Positions 40,514 to 50,692 are shown, counted from the first letter of the stretch. The stretch: DNA of 64,000 nt from Alphaproteobacteria bacterium (GCA_965249845.1 CBDFNA010000002.1:78417-142416), one strand, 5' to 3'. Notes: generated from the letters alone by a model not told the origin. A program made the numbers and translations.

Positions 40514-41212
40514 GTGGGTCTGGACCTCATACCGATGGGAAGGCCGAAGCCCGGCCATGAAGAGGAATGGCAGCGGCTGATGGAGACGCTCTACGAAGAC
40601 CGGGAGGTATCGGACGAGGACACGTCCCGGCGATTGGAGATTTCGGAGGCTGCCTACGAGACGGCGGGGGCGCCCCGGGTCGGTTACGACGAAGAGGCCA
40701 ACGCCTGGTACCGTGAACATTTCAAAAAACCGGAGGGACTGACCGACGCGGAATTTTTCGAGGAAGCCAAGGGCTATTACGCTCTCGGCACACTGGTTGG
40801 AAAATGCGACGGCGTTCCGCAATATTCCCATGGTTCGATAACCGACGAACTCGACGAGACGAGTTTCCGCGGCAAGTTTCTCGAATTTTACGAAGGGTTA
40901 TTGGACGACGATTTGCTGTACCGGGCCTGGACTTCGGTCATGCCGCCGGAGGAAGCTGTGGAATATGGGCAGGTCCTTCTGGCCAGCGCGGAAAACCCCT
41001 GGGTCGAATCCCCGCCCCCGCCGCCGCCTCCACCGCCACCTGAGCCCGGCTTTTTCGGCCGGCTGCTCGGCAGAAAACCACCGGAGCCCGAGCCGCCGGA
41101 ACCGCTGCCGACGGACGAAGACATCGAAGAGATGCGGAACATATTGCGCGCGGCCGGCCGCTGGTACATTTTCTGGGGCGAACGCGGACACCCGATCAAT
41201 GCCTGGTTCTAG
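40514..41212 (+). CDS. Hypothetical acidic protein with polyproline insert
   Basis: RBS aggag before GTG; open 232 codons between proB and proA; no family recognised. Confidence 0.75.
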   Translation: MGLDLIPMGRPKPGHEEEWQRLMETLYEDREVSDEDTSRRLEISEAAYETAGAPRVGYDEEANAWYREHFKKPEGLTDAEFFEEAKGYYALGTLVGKCDGVPQYSHGSITDELDETSFRGKFLEFYEGLLDDDLLYRAWTSVMPPEEAVEYGQVLLASAENPWVESPPPPPPPPPPEPGFFGRLLGRKPPEPEPPEPLPTDEDIEEMRNILRAAGRWYIFWGERGHPINAWF

Positions 41213-41249
41213 AACAGGCCGGCGCCGCACAAACCGGGTTGAAGAATAC

Positions 41250-42518
41250 ATGACGACGGCGGACGCTATCGAGAAGCAAATGCTCGCGCTCGGGGAACGC
41301 GCCCGGGCGGCGGCGGCGGTCATGACCGGCGCAAGCGAGGCGGCGAAGAATGCGGCGCTGGCGGCGGCGGCCGAGGCGCTGCGGGCGCGCGCGGACGATC
41401 TGCTCGCCGCCAACGCCCGCGACCTTGCCGACGCGGCCGGGCAGGATTTCAACAGCGCCTTCATCGACCGGCTGACCCTGACGCCGGAGCGGATCGCGGC
41501 CATGGCGGCGGGGCTGGAGGAGATCGCCGCCCTGCCCGACCCGGTCGGCAGCGTGGCCGCCGAATGGGACCGGCCCAACGGCCTGCGGATTTCCCGGGTG
41601 CGCACGCCGCTGGGTGTCATCGGCATCATCTACGAATCGCGCCCCAACGTGACCGCCGACGCCGGCGCGCTGTGCCTGAAATCGGGCAACGCCACCATCC
41701 TGCGCGGCGGCCGGGAGAGTTTCCACACCTCGCGCCTGATCGGCGACTGCCTGCGCCACGGTCTGGCCGCCGCCGGCCTGCCGGAGGATGCGGTGCAGCT
41801 CGTCCCGACGACCGACCGGGCGGCGGTGGGCGCCATGCTGCGCATGAACCGGCATATCGACATCATCGTGCCGCGCGGCGGCAAGGGGCTGATCGCCCGG
41901 GTGCAGGAGGAAAGCCGCATCCCGGTGATCGCCCATCTCGACGGCAACTGCCATGTCTACGTCGATGCCGCGGCCGATCTGGAGATGGCGCGGCGCGTTA
42001 CGGTGAACGCCAAGACCCGCCGGCCCGGCATCTGCGGCGCGGCGGAGACCCTGCTGGTCGACCGCCAGGCCCATAACAGCCATCTGGCGCCGATCGTGAG
42101 CGACCTGCTCGAGGCCGGCGTCGAAATCCGCGGCGATGCGGCGACCAAGGCGATCGACGGCCGGATCGTGGCGGCGACCGAGCAAGACTGGGACACCGAA
42201 TATCTTGACTGGATCATGGCGGTGAAGCTGGTCGACGGCGTCGACGGCGCCATCGACCATATCGAACGGCACGGCAGCAACCATACCGACTCGATCATTA
42301 CAGAGGACGCTACGGTCGCGGAAAAATTCCTCGGCGCCGTGGACAGCGCCATCGTGCTGTGGAACGCCTCGACCCAGTTCGCCGACGGCGGCGAGTTCGG
42401 CATGGGCGCGGAGATCGGCATCTCCACCGGCAAGCTGCACGCCCGCGGGCCGGTCGGCCTGGAGCAGCTCACCAGCTTCAAATATGTCGTGCGCGGCGAC
42501 GGGCAGGTCCGGCCCTGA
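41250..42518 (+). CDS. proA: Gamma-glutamyl phosphate reductase
   Basis: [60 protein letters not shown]. Confidence 0.97.
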   Translation: MTTADAIEKQMLALGERARAAAAVMTGASEAAKNAALAAAAEALRARADDLLAANARDLADAAGQDFNSAFIDRLTLTPERIAAMAAGLEEIAALPDPVGSVAAEWDRPNGLRISRVRTPLGVIGIIYESRPNVTADAGALCLKSGNATILRGGRESFHTSRLIGDCLRHGLAAAGLPEDAVQLVPTTDRAAVGAMLRMNRHIDIIVPRGGKGLIARVQEESRIPVIAHLDGNCHVYVDAAADLEMARRVTVNAKTRRPGICGAAETLLVDRQAHNSHLAPIVSDLLEAGVEIRGDAATKAIDGRIVAATEQDWDTEYLDWIMAVKLVDGVDGAIDHIERHGSNHTDSIITEDATVAEKFLGAVDSAIVLWNASTQFADGGEFGMGAEIGISTGKLHARGPVGLEQLTSFKYVVRGDGQVRP

Positions 42519-42640
42519 CGGCGGGAGAAGTGTCGGGGCGAAAAGCGCGATTCGGGGAAATCCTCATCCGCCCGAGGCGGAGTATAGCGGGCGCTTCCTG
42601 CCCGCCGGAGGCCGGAACCGGCGCCTCCTGCGATCCACGA

Positions 42641-42946
42641 TCAGGCGGGCCGGTACCGTTGCACAGGAATCTCGTCGGCGCGCACGCGCATCCGCGACGC
42701 ATCATGCCATGCCTGCATCCGCAGCAGCAGATCCATGCTTACATCGAACGCCTTCTCGACGCGTAGCGCCATTTCCGGCGACAGCGCGACCTTGCCGTTC
42801 AACAGGTCCGAAAGCGTCGCCCGGCGAACACCCAGAATCCGGGCGGCCTCGGTGACGCTCAGGCCCAAATCGTCGAGCACCTCCGTGCGAACGAAAGCAC
42901 CGGGATGCGAAGGGTTCATTTTCACCTTGACGCTGCCGGCCGTCAT
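42641..42946 (-). CDS. higA: HigA family addiction-module antitoxin
   Basis: MNPSHPGAFVRTEVL..LGLSVTEAARILGVRRATLSDLLNGK..LSPEMALR.EKAF. Confidence 0.9.
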   Translation of the reverse strand: MTAGSVKVKMNPSHPGAFVRTEVLDDLGLSVTEAARILGVRRATLSDLLNGKVALSPEMALRVEKAFDVSMDLLLRMQAWHDASRMRVRADEIPVQRYRPA

Positions 42947-42996
42947 CAGTGGTAGTCCTCCAGGTCCAGGCGCTCGATGGTTATACCGTACACCAT
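42946..42996 (-). pseudogene. HigB toxin C-terminal remnant
   Basis: ...ITIERLDLEDYH* with TGA overlapping the higA ATG; upstream DNA belongs to the nadD 5' region. Confidence 0.65.
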
Positions 42997-43033
42997 GCAA
43001 TACCCTCCTGCCGCACGATAGACAGGTGGCACC

Positions 43034-43672
43034 TTGACTTTCTGGCTTCCCCGTCCGCCCGGCGCTTTCGCCCGCCGCAGCGTCGGCCTGTTCGGCGGCT
43101 CGTTCAATCCGGCCCATGACGGGCATCGGCATATTGCGCTCGCTGCGCTGGCCGGCCTCGGCCTCGACGAGATCTGGTGGCTGGTCTCGCCGCAGAATCC
43201 GTTGAAAGCCGATGATGGGATGATGCCGCTGGCAGACCGGCTGGCCGGCGCGGCCCGGCAGGCCCGGCATCCGGCGATGCGGGTGACCGACCTCGAAACC
43301 GAACTGGGCACGAATTTTACTGCCGAAACACTGGATAGAATAAAGGCGATGTATCCGCGCAATAGATTTGTCTGGATCATGGGCGCCGACAACCTGATTC
43401 AAATACCCGAATGGAAAGACTGGCCGAAAATTTTTCACACGGTTCCCGTTGCCGTTTTTGCCCGTCCGTCCTATTCTGTCGGGGCGCTATCCGGCGTGGC
43501 AGCGCAGCGTTTCGCCCGCCGCCGGGTGCCCGAAAACCGGGCCCGGCGCCTGTCGCAGCGCAAGCCGCCGGCCTGGACATTCTTCCACTGCCGGCTCCAT
43601 GCCGCCTCGGCGAGCGCGATCCGCGCCGGAATGGCGGCTTCTTCGGAAGCGGCGATTCCGGCGGAGCGATAA
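43034..43672 (+). CDS. nadD: Nicotinate-nucleotide adenylyltransferase
   Basis: GLFGGSFNPAHDGH, WWLVSPQNPLK, WIMGADN, W..W..I. Start uncertain. Confidence 0.92.
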   Translation: MTFWLPRPPGAFARRSVGLFGGSFNPAHDGHRHIALAALAGLGLDEIWWLVSPQNPLKADDGMMPLADRLAGAARQARHPAMRVTDLETELGTNFTAETLDRIKAMYPRNRFVWIMGADNLIQIPEWKDWPKIFHTVPVAVFARPSYSVGALSGVAAQRFARRRVPENRARRLSQRKPPAWTFFHCRLHAASASAIRAGMAASSEAAIPAER

Positions 43673-43746
43673 ACCGGCATCCGGCGGGCATCCCGCCGGG
43701 CGCCACAGGAACGGGAGGCTAAAAGATCCGCCGTATTCTGCGTGAC

Positions 43747-44115
43747 TTGCCCTCGGCCGCAGACCTGAAGACTGTCGCCGAAACCTCGCTCGACGATGAC
43801 AAAGCCGAAGACGTTGTCGTCCTCGACCTGGCCGGACGGGCCGGGTTTACCGACTATATGGTCATCGCCACAGGCCGCTCGGACCGCCATGTCGGCGCGA
43901 TGGCCGACCACCTGATCCGCAATCTGAAGCAGGCCGGCCTGCCGTCCGTCCCCGCGGAGGGGATGGAGCGCTGCGACTGGGTGCTGATCGACGGCGGCGA
44001 CGTGATCGTCCATCTCTTCAAGCCCGAAGTCCGCAGCTTCTACAATCTGGAGAAGCTGTGGAACGAGAACTCACGCGAATGGGATGAAGCGATGGCGCTG
44101 GAAATGGCCGGCTAG
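43747..44115 (+). CDS. rsfS: Ribosome silencing factor (Iojap)
   Basis: DDKAEDVVVLDL, DYMVIATGRS.RHV, WVLIDGGDVIVHLF..EVR.FYNLEKLW. Confidence 0.94.
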   Translation: MPSAADLKTVAETSLDDDKAEDVVVLDLAGRAGFTDYMVIATGRSDRHVGAMADHLIRNLKQAGLPSVPAEGMERCDWVLIDGGDVIVHLFKPEVRSFYNLEKLWNENSREWDEAMALEMAG

Positions 44116-44190
44116 GGCCGTTCCCGGCAGGCCGGCGCGGCTGTCGGTCACGCCCGGGGCCGGGGCCGCGACCGGTAGACCTGTAGACCG

Positions 44191-44646
44191 ATGCGCCTCT
44201 GCCTGATCGCCGTCGGCAAGCTGCGCGACGGCGCCCCGAAAGAGCTGTTCGCCAGCTATGCCGGGCGTTTGCCTTGGCCGCTGAGCGTGATCGAGGTCGC
44301 CGAGCGCGGCAACGACCCGCCGGCCCTGCGTGTGCAGCGCGAGGGCGCCGACCTGCGCAAGCGCCTGCCGGGCGGGCCGCTGATCGTGCTCGATGAAACC
44401 GGCGCCGACCTCGCCAGCGAAGCCCTGGCCGAAGCCCTGGCCCGCTATCGCGACGTGGGCGCCGGCACGGTCACCTTCGCCATCGGCGGCGCCGACGGCC
44501 ACGCGCCGGAAACCCTTGCCGCCGCCGACCTCGTCCTGTCCTTCGGCCGCGCGACCTGGCCGCACCAGCTCGTCCGCATCATGCTCGCCGAGCAGCTCTA
44601 CCGCGCCTCGACCATCCTCGCCGGCCACCCGTATCACCGGCGGTAG
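44191..44646 (+). CDS. rlmH: 23S rRNA pseudouridine-1915 N3-methyltransferase
   Basis: LIAVGK, LDETG, FAIGGADG, SFG..TWPHQLVR.ML.EQLYRA..IL.GHPYHR. Confidence 0.95.
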   Translation: MRLCLIAVGKLRDGAPKELFASYAGRLPWPLSVIEVAERGNDPPALRVQREGADLRKRLPGGPLIVLDETGADLASEALAEALARYRDVGAGTVTFAIGGADGHAPETLAAADLVLSFGRATWPHQLVRIMLAEQLYRASTILAGHPYHRR

Positions 44647-44783
44647 GGCGCGCTTCTATCTCTCGAAACGCTATCGTCATTTCGACCGGAGCGTTGTGTT
44701 GAGAGCAGGAAAATACTGAACTGTGCGGCCCGCCCGATGCCGTACCCGGAGATATTGCGGGCACGCGCTTCGAACAACGGCAC

Positions 44784-44831
44784 TTGACATCGGATTTTTC
44801 CCAACATAATTGTTGGCAACAAATTTGTTGG
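44784..44831 (+). promoter_or_regulatory. Putative promoter with two tandem palindromic operators upstream of the ATPase pair
   Basis: TTGACA (44784-44789), CATAAT (44805-44810); palindromes CCAACATAATTGTTGG (44801-44816) and CAACAAATTTGTTG (44817-44830). Confidence 0.7.
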
Positions 44832-44835
44832 AAAT

Positions 44836-46119
44836 ATGGTCATGCTGAGAAAAGGCGGAAGCAACTGGGTTGAGGGAGACCGGTTCTTCGATCGGGAAAT
44901 TGAGCTCGAAGCGCTCGAAGAGCGGGTGCGCGACGGAACCCACACCCTGCTGACCGCGCAGCGGCGCATGGGCAAGACGAGCCTCGTTCGTGAACTGCTG
45001 AGACGGTTAGCGGAGGGCGAGGAATTCGAGACGGTCTTCGTCGATCTGGAAGCCGCCGCAGACCCGGCCGACGCGATTGCCGAGATATGCGTACAGGCGC
45101 GACCGCTAAGTGGGGTTTGGGGCCGGATCAAAGGCAGTTTCGCCAACATCCTGAAAGAGGCCGGCGAACATTTCGAGGAATTGGCCGTTGCAGACATGAA
45201 GGTGAAGCTCCGCGCCGGGATCGACGCGGGCAACTGGCCGCAGAGAGGCGATGCGGTCTTTGCCGCGCTGGGTTCGAGCGAGCGGCCGGTGTTGCTCGCA
45301 ATCGACGAACTGCCGATCCTGGTCAATCGGCTGCTCAAGGACGACAGGGATCGCATCACGCCGGAAGGAAAGCAGGCGGCGGATGCTTTCCTGAGCTGGT
45401 TGCGCAGGAACGGCCAAACCTATAACGGCCGAGTGTCGATGATTCTGTCCGGCAGCGTGAGCCTCGAACCGCTTCTGGAGCAGGCCGGGCTCAGTGCCCA
45501 CGCTAACATCTTTTCGGCCTACGACCTGAAACCCTGGAACCAAGAAACCGCCGTTTCCTGCTTGGGCGCGCTCGCCAAATCCTACGAGATCGGTCTTCCG
45601 CCCGCGATCCGTCGGGATATGTGCCGGCGGCTGCGCTGCTGCATCCCGCATCACGTCCAGATGTTCTTCGACAAGATGCATGAATATCTGCGGCCCGCGG
45701 GCCGCGAGGAAGCGTCGCAAGAAGATGTCGAGTGGGTCTATGTGCATGAGATGCTGGGCGTCCGGGGGCAGGCAGACCTGCAGCACTACGAGGGCCGGCT
45801 GGGGACGATTCTCGGAAGGACGGGTTATCCGGTCGCCCTCGAGATATTGACGGCGACGGCCGTCAAAGGCCGTCTCGATGGCGATGCCGTAGAACGCTAT
45901 CGCGCCTATTACTCGGCGTTGGACGGGCAAGAGGGCGAGGGCGTCCCGTCGGTCCCGAACGTCCTGCATGTGCTGCAGCATGACGGCTACCTGGAACGGC
46001 ATGACAACATCTATCGGTTCGTATCCGGCCTGCTCGAAGACTGGTGGCGCAGCCGCTACGGCGAGAACTTCGTGCCCGTTGTCGAATCCGATTCGCGCGG
46101 CGGGGGAGCAGGCCGATGA
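44836..46119 (+). CDS. P-loop ATPase (STAND/archaeal-ATPase-like) with C-terminal winged-helix-like region
   Basis: FFDREIEL, Walker A AQRRMGKTS, Walker B LLAIDE, sensor ILSGS; C-terminal L.HDGYL...YRF..GLLEDWW. Confidence 0.8.
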   Translation: MVMLRKGGSNWVEGDRFFDREIELEALEERVRDGTHTLLTAQRRMGKTSLVRELLRRLAEGEEFETVFVDLEAAADPADAIAEICVQARPLSGVWGRIKGSFANILKEAGEHFEELAVADMKVKLRAGIDAGNWPQRGDAVFAALGSSERPVLLAIDELPILVNRLLKDDRDRITPEGKQAADAFLSWLRRNGQTYNGRVSMILSGSVSLEPLLEQAGLSAHANIFSAYDLKPWNQETAVSCLGALAKSYEIGLPPAIRRDMCRRLRCCIPHHVQMFFDKMHEYLRPAGREEASQEDVEWVYVHEMLGVRGQADLQHYEGRLGTILGRTGYPVALEILTATAVKGRLDGDAVERYRAYYSALDGQEGEGVPSVPNVLHVLQHDGYLERHDNIYRFVSGLLEDWWRSRYGENFVPVVESDSRGGGAGR

Positions 46120-48575
46120 CCGTCACCGCCAGGAAGTACAATCCGGGGTTCCTCTCGGACGACGAGCTTGTCGCTTCCTTCTGCGTGCGGACCGGCGAGT
46201 TCGCCTCGATGGTCGAAGTGCTGCGGGACAGCACAGGCAAGGCGAACACCCATCAGATCGTGATCGGTCCCCGCGGCAGCGGCAAAACGAGCCTTCTGTT
46301 ACGGGTCGCCGCGGAGATACGCCGGGATGCCGACCTGTCGTCGCGCTTCTTCCCGATCGTCTTCGCGGAGGAAAGCTACGAGGTCTCGACCGCCGGCGAG
46401 TTCTGGCTCGAATGTCTCTCCCGTCTGGCGGACCAGGCGCCGCGCGGGGAAGACGGCCCGGACCTGCGCCGCACCTATGACGAGCTGCGGCAAATCCGGG
46501 ACGACAGGACGCTCGGGGACCGCTGCCTCGGCGTTCTCCAGGATTTTGCGGATCGCGAAGGCAGGCGTCTCGTAATGCTGGTCGAGAATCTGAACATGAT
46601 GTTCAGGGATATCGCGGACGACGATGCCGGATGGCGGCTGCGCCAGACGCTCCAGAACGATCCCCGGTTCCTCTTGCTGGCGAGCGCAACCAGCCGGTTC
46701 GACGAAATCGACAAACGGGACCGCGCTTTCTACGACCTGTTCCGGGTGGTGGCGCTCCGCCCGCTCGATACGGACGGCTGCGCGGCTCTGTGGCGGACAG
46801 TCTCTGGCCGCGAACGCGCGAAGAAGACGATTCGGGCGTTGCAAATTCTCACCGGAGGCAGCCCGCGACTGCTCACCATTGTGGCGCGCTTCGGCGGAAA
46901 ACTGTCGTTCCGCGAACTGATGGCCGATCTTCTCGATCTGGTCGACGACCACACCGAGTATTTCAAGAGCCATCTAGAAACGTTAGCCGCGCAGGAACGT
47001 CGCGTTTATCTCGCTCTCGCCGATCTTTGGAAACCGGCGACGACACGGGAAATCGCTGAAAGGGCGAGGCTCGACACCAGCAAGTGCAGCGCGCATCTCG
47101 CCCGGCTGACCGAGCGGGGCGCCGTGGAAGTGGCGGGGGGAAGTAAGCGGCGCAAGCTCTACTACCTCGCCGAGCGGCTTTACAACATCTACTACCTGAT
47201 GCGCCGCGCCCGCGGCCCGGCCCCGATGATAGAAGCCCTGATCCGATTCATGGAGGGGTGGTACTCACCCGACGAATTGAAAGAATTCGGGGCTCGACTG
47301 GCGCGTGAGGCGACGGGCTTCGATGCCATGACGCTGTCGCTCGGTCGGACAGCATTCGCGCGACTCGTCGAACTGCCGTCTTTGGCGGCGCACCGCGATG
47401 AACTGCTTTCGCTTGCGCCATTTACTTTCGCGGGCGCAACCGGTGGTCTTGCCAGCGAATCTGCAGAACTATCGGCGGCGAACGAGATTTTTAGGGAAGC
47501 CCTTGCGCTGACGGAGAATAGTCGAGCGCAGGAAGCACTGGATGCTTGGGACAAAGTCTTGCGGCACTTAAATTCGAGTGATGTTGCGCCTGTGCAGGAC
47601 ATGATTGCAATCGCTCTCTTCAAAAAAGGCGATACACTTGCCCAAATGAATCGAAGCGAGGACGGGTTTGCCTTCTGGGATGAAGTTGTCCAACGCTTTG
47701 GATCGGACAATGGGCCGATAACTCGAGTAGTAGTTGCTCTGTCCCTCATCAGGAAGGGCTTTGAACTCGCTCAGTTAAACCGGCCAGAAGAATCGGTCGA
47801 AGTATTGGATGAGGTTGTCCGGCGTTTCGGTCCGAGCGAATCACCGCAACTGCAGGAAGCGGCAATTATCGCCGTCTATTGCAAGTGCGTTGCCCTCGTT
47901 AAGTTAAACCAGCTGGAACAAGCCGTGTCGATCTGTAACGAAATCCTGAATCTCAACCAGAACAGCGCCACGCCTCATTCGCTCGAAATTGCTGCCTCAG
48001 CATTGATCGGCAAAGGCACGATACTTGTCGGTTTGAACCGACCGGATGAGGCGTCGGGCGTGTGGGATGAGGTCATACAGCGATTCGAAACGAGCGATAT
48101 ACCGCTAGTTCGCGACGCTGCTGAAACCGCAATGTTCAAGAAAGCGGCGTTCGAATTAACGAAGGGCCGGGCCAAATCAGCCGTTGCCGCAGCTAGTCGA
48201 GTGCTTGAGCAGGAGGGTGCCGGATTAGTGGAAACCCGGTGGCGAGGTCATCTGATCCGTGCGCGGGCACATTTAACTGAAGGCAACAACGCGGCGTGCG
48301 CAGAGGACGTCGAGGCTGTGTTGGCGACCCTTCCAAATCTCAATCCGTTCCCTAAGGATGCTCTCGACGGCTTGATCGAGCTGGCCGTCGAACTCGGGCT
48401 GGAGCAAATGCGCGACCTCATCGTGGCATCGGCAGCGGCCGATCTCCTGCTGCCGCTGACGACGGCGCTGGAGCTGGAGCTCGGGCTGGAACCGCGGGTG
48501 GCGAGGGAAGTCGAGGAGGTTGCCGAAGATATCCGGCGGGATTTGGCGGAGCGGCGAAAGGCGAAGAGCGCCTGA
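46116..48575 (+). CDS. ATPase + MarR-like wHTH + TPR-repeat protein
   Basis: ATGA overlap with upstream gene; GPRGSGKTS, atypical Walker B VMLVENL, TGGSPRL; HTH ATTREIAERARLDTSKCSAHLARL; repeated A...WDEVV.RF TPR-like units. Confidence 0.8.
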   Translation: MTVTARKYNPGFLSDDELVASFCVRTGEFASMVEVLRDSTGKANTHQIVIGPRGSGKTSLLLRVAAEIRRDADLSSRFFPIVFAEESYEVSTAGEFWLECLSRLADQAPRGEDGPDLRRTYDELRQIRDDRTLGDRCLGVLQDFADREGRRLVMLVENLNMMFRDIADDDAGWRLRQTLQNDPRFLLLASATSRFDEIDKRDRAFYDLFRVVALRPLDTDGCAALWRTVSGRERAKKTIRALQILTGGSPRLLTIVARFGGKLSFRELMADLLDLVDDHTEYFKSHLETLAAQERRVYLALADLWKPATTREIAERARLDTSKCSAHLARLTERGAVEVAGGSKRRKLYYLAERLYNIYYLMRRARGPAPMIEALIRFMEGWYSPDELKEFGARLAREATGFDAMTLSLGRTAFARLVELPSLAAHRDELLSLAPFTFAGATGGLASESAELSAANEIFREALALTENSRAQEALDAWDKVLRHLNSSDVAPVQDMIAIALFKKGDTLAQMNRSEDGFAFWDEVVQRFGSDNGPITRVVVALSLIRKGFELAQLNRPEESVEVLDEVVRRFGPSESPQLQEAAIIAVYCKCVALVKLNQLEQAVSICNEILNLNQNSATPHSLEIAASALIGKGTILVGLNRPDEASGVWDEVIQRFETSDIPLVRDAAETAMFKKAAFELTKGRAKSAVAAASRVLEQEGAGLVETRWRGHLIRARAHLTEGNNAACAEDVEAVLATLPNLNPFPKDALDGLIELAVELGLEQMRDLIVASAAADLLLPLTTALELELGLEPRVAREVEEVAEDIRRDLAERRKAKSA

Positions 48576-48643
48576 TCCGGCGGATCGAACGCCGGCCGCC
48601 TCTACCCGGCCGTGTGCCCGGATCGAACGCCGGCCCCCGCCCC

Positions 48644-50050
48644 CTACCGCTGCCGTGCCGCGCCGCTCACGTCCAACGCGGCTTCGCGGACGGCTTCGTT
48701 GTAGGTCGGGTGGGCGTGGAAGCAGCGGGCGAGGTCTTCGGCGCAGCCGCCGAATTCCATGACGTTGACCACCTCGTGGATCGTGTTGCCGGCCTCCGGC
48801 CCAACGATATGGGCGCCGAGGATGCGCTCGGTCTGCGCGTCGGCGACGATCTTCACCATACCGTCGGTCTCGCCGGTGCAGATGGCGCGGCTGTTGGCGC
48901 CGAACGGGAACCTGCCGACCTTGTAGGCGGTGCCGGCCTCCTTGAGCTGCTCCTCCGTCCTGCCGACCGAGGCGACCTCGGGCCAGGTGTAGACGATACC
49001 GGGCACCGTCTCGTAGTTCACATGCCCGGCCTGGCCAGCCAGCATCTCGGCCAGCGCCACGCCCTCCTCCTCCGCCTTGTGGGCCAGCATCGGGCCGGGG
49101 ATGACATCGCCGATGGCGTAGACGCCCTCGGCCCCGGTGCGGAAATGACCGTCGACCGCGATGAAGCCGCGCGCGTCGGTCCCGATCCCGGCCGCCTCGA
49201 GGCCGAGATCGTCGGTGAAGGGCCGCCGGCCGATCGCGACCAGCACCCGCTCCGCCGTCAGGGTTTCGGCGTCACCGCCCCCCAAATCGCCCGGGGCAGG
49301 TTCAACGGTCAGCGTAATCCCGGTTCGCGTCGCCCTGGCGCCGGTCACCTTGCGGCCGAGGCGGAAATCCAGGCCCTGTTTCTTGAGGATGCGCTGGACC
49401 TGTTTGGCGATCTCGCCGTCCATGCCCGGCAGGATGCGGTCGAGATATTCGACCACGGTGACCTGCGCGCCGAGCCGGGCCCAGACCGAGCCCATCTCCA
49501 GGCCGATATAGCCGGCGCCGATCACCGCCAGGGTCTTCGGCACCTTGCCGAGCGCCAGGGCGCCGGTCGAGGACAGGATGCGCTTCTCGTCGATCTCGAC
49601 GCCGGGCAACGGCATGACGTCGGAGCCGGTGGCGATCACGATGTGCTTCGCCGAATATGCCGTGCCGCCGACCTCGACCGCGCCGCTGCCGGCGAGCCGG
49701 CCGCGGCCCTTGAGGTGGTCTATCTTGTTCTTCTTGAACAGGTAGGCGACGCCGTTGGTGAGCTTGTCGACCACGCCGTCCTTGCGCGCCATCATCGCCT
49801 TGAGGTTCAGCGTCGCCGAGGCGTCGATGCCGTGTTCCGCCAGGCCGTGCTGCGCCTCGGCGAATTTCTCCGAGCTCTGGAGCAGCGCCTTGGACGGGAT
49901 GCAGCCGACATTCAGGCAGGTGCCGCCCAGGGTCTCCCGCTGCTCCGCCACCGCGACGCGCATGCCGAGCTGGGCGCAGCGGATGGCGCAGACATAGCCG
50001 CCGGGACCGGCGCCGATGACGATCACGTCGTAGCTGTTGGTTTCGGTCAT
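48644..50050 (-). CDS. lpdA: Dihydrolipoamide dehydrogenase
   Basis: IGAGPGGY, GGTCLNVGCIPSK, GAGYIGLE, AIGD..GPMLAHKA, HAHPT. Confidence 0.96.
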   Translation of the reverse strand: MTETNSYDVIVIGAGPGGYVCAIRCAQLGMRVAVAEQRETLGGTCLNVGCIPSKALLQSSEKFAEAQHGLAEHGIDASATLNLKAMMARKDGVVDKLTNGVAYLFKKNKIDHLKGRGRLAGSGAVEVGGTAYSAKHIVIATGSDVMPLPGVEIDEKRILSSTGALALGKVPKTLAVIGAGYIGLEMGSVWARLGAQVTVVEYLDRILPGMDGEIAKQVQRILKKQGLDFRLGRKVTGARATRTGITLTVEPAPGDLGGGDAETLTAERVLVAIGRRPFTDDLGLEAAGIGTDARGFIAVDGHFRTGAEGVYAIGDVIPGPMLAHKAEEEGVALAEMLAGQAGHVNYETVPGIVYTWPEVASVGRTEEQLKEAGTAYKVGRFPFGANSRAICTGETDGMVKIVADAQTERILGAHIVGPEAGNTIHEVVNVMEFGGCAEDLARCFHAHPTYNEAVREAALDVSGAARQR

Positions 50051-50278
50051 GGCAGCCTTCCGGGTCTCATTGCAGGCATTTCGGGATACAGGCGCCGCGG
50101 CGCGGTCTTCGCGCAGATGGCGATAGGGTAAAAAGATACAAGGGCGGCCCCGAAGACAAGCCGGCACAAAGGCCGGCGGTCCGGCACGGCCGGATTTGCG
50201 GGCCGCCCCGCCGCTGGCGCCGGCCGGGGCGCGCGCCTATGTTAGAGCCGCATCGAACAGGCAACCCCCGGAGGATCC

Positions 50279-50692
50279 ATGGAGGCGGTGTTTCAGAGCA
50301 TTCTGAGCGGGGCGCCCTTCCTGCTGCTGCATGCCGGCGTCACCATCGCCATGCTGGTCGGCGGCGTCACGCTCTACATGTGGATGACGCCCTACGAGGA
50401 TATCGGCCAGATCCGCGCCGGCAACAGTGCCGCCGGCATCGCGCTTGGCGGCGCCATCCTCGGCATGGCGATCCCGCTCGCGATCACCCTGCGCGGCAGC
50501 GTCAACCTGTGGGACATCGTGCTGTGGGGCGTCCTGATCGTGATCCTCCAGATGGCGGTGTTCAAGGTGATGGACCTGATCCTCAAGGACCTGCCGAAGC
50601 GGATCGAGAACGGCGAGATCGGCGCGGCGGTCCTGCTCGCCTGCGCCAAGATATCCGTGGGCGCGATCAACGCTGCGGCCATCGCGGTCTAG
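50279..50692 (+). CDS. DUF350 membrane protein
   Basis: LYMWMTPYED..QIRAGNSAAGIA...LG.AIPLA; IENGEIGAA. Confidence 0.85.
   Translation: MEAVFQSILSGAPFLLLHAGVTIAMLVGGVTLYMWMTPYEDIGQIRAGNSAAGIALGGAILGMAIPLAITLRGSVNLWDIVLWGVLIVILQMAVFKVMDLILKDLPKRIENGEIGAAVLLACAKISVGAINAAAIAV

Noticed and set aside
44600-44700. rlmH 3' end as an SCC-like attachment site for the ATPase module
   Set aside because: That usage is known from staphylococci. No recombinase and no duplicated rlmH 3' sequence was found at the far side (48575-48644).
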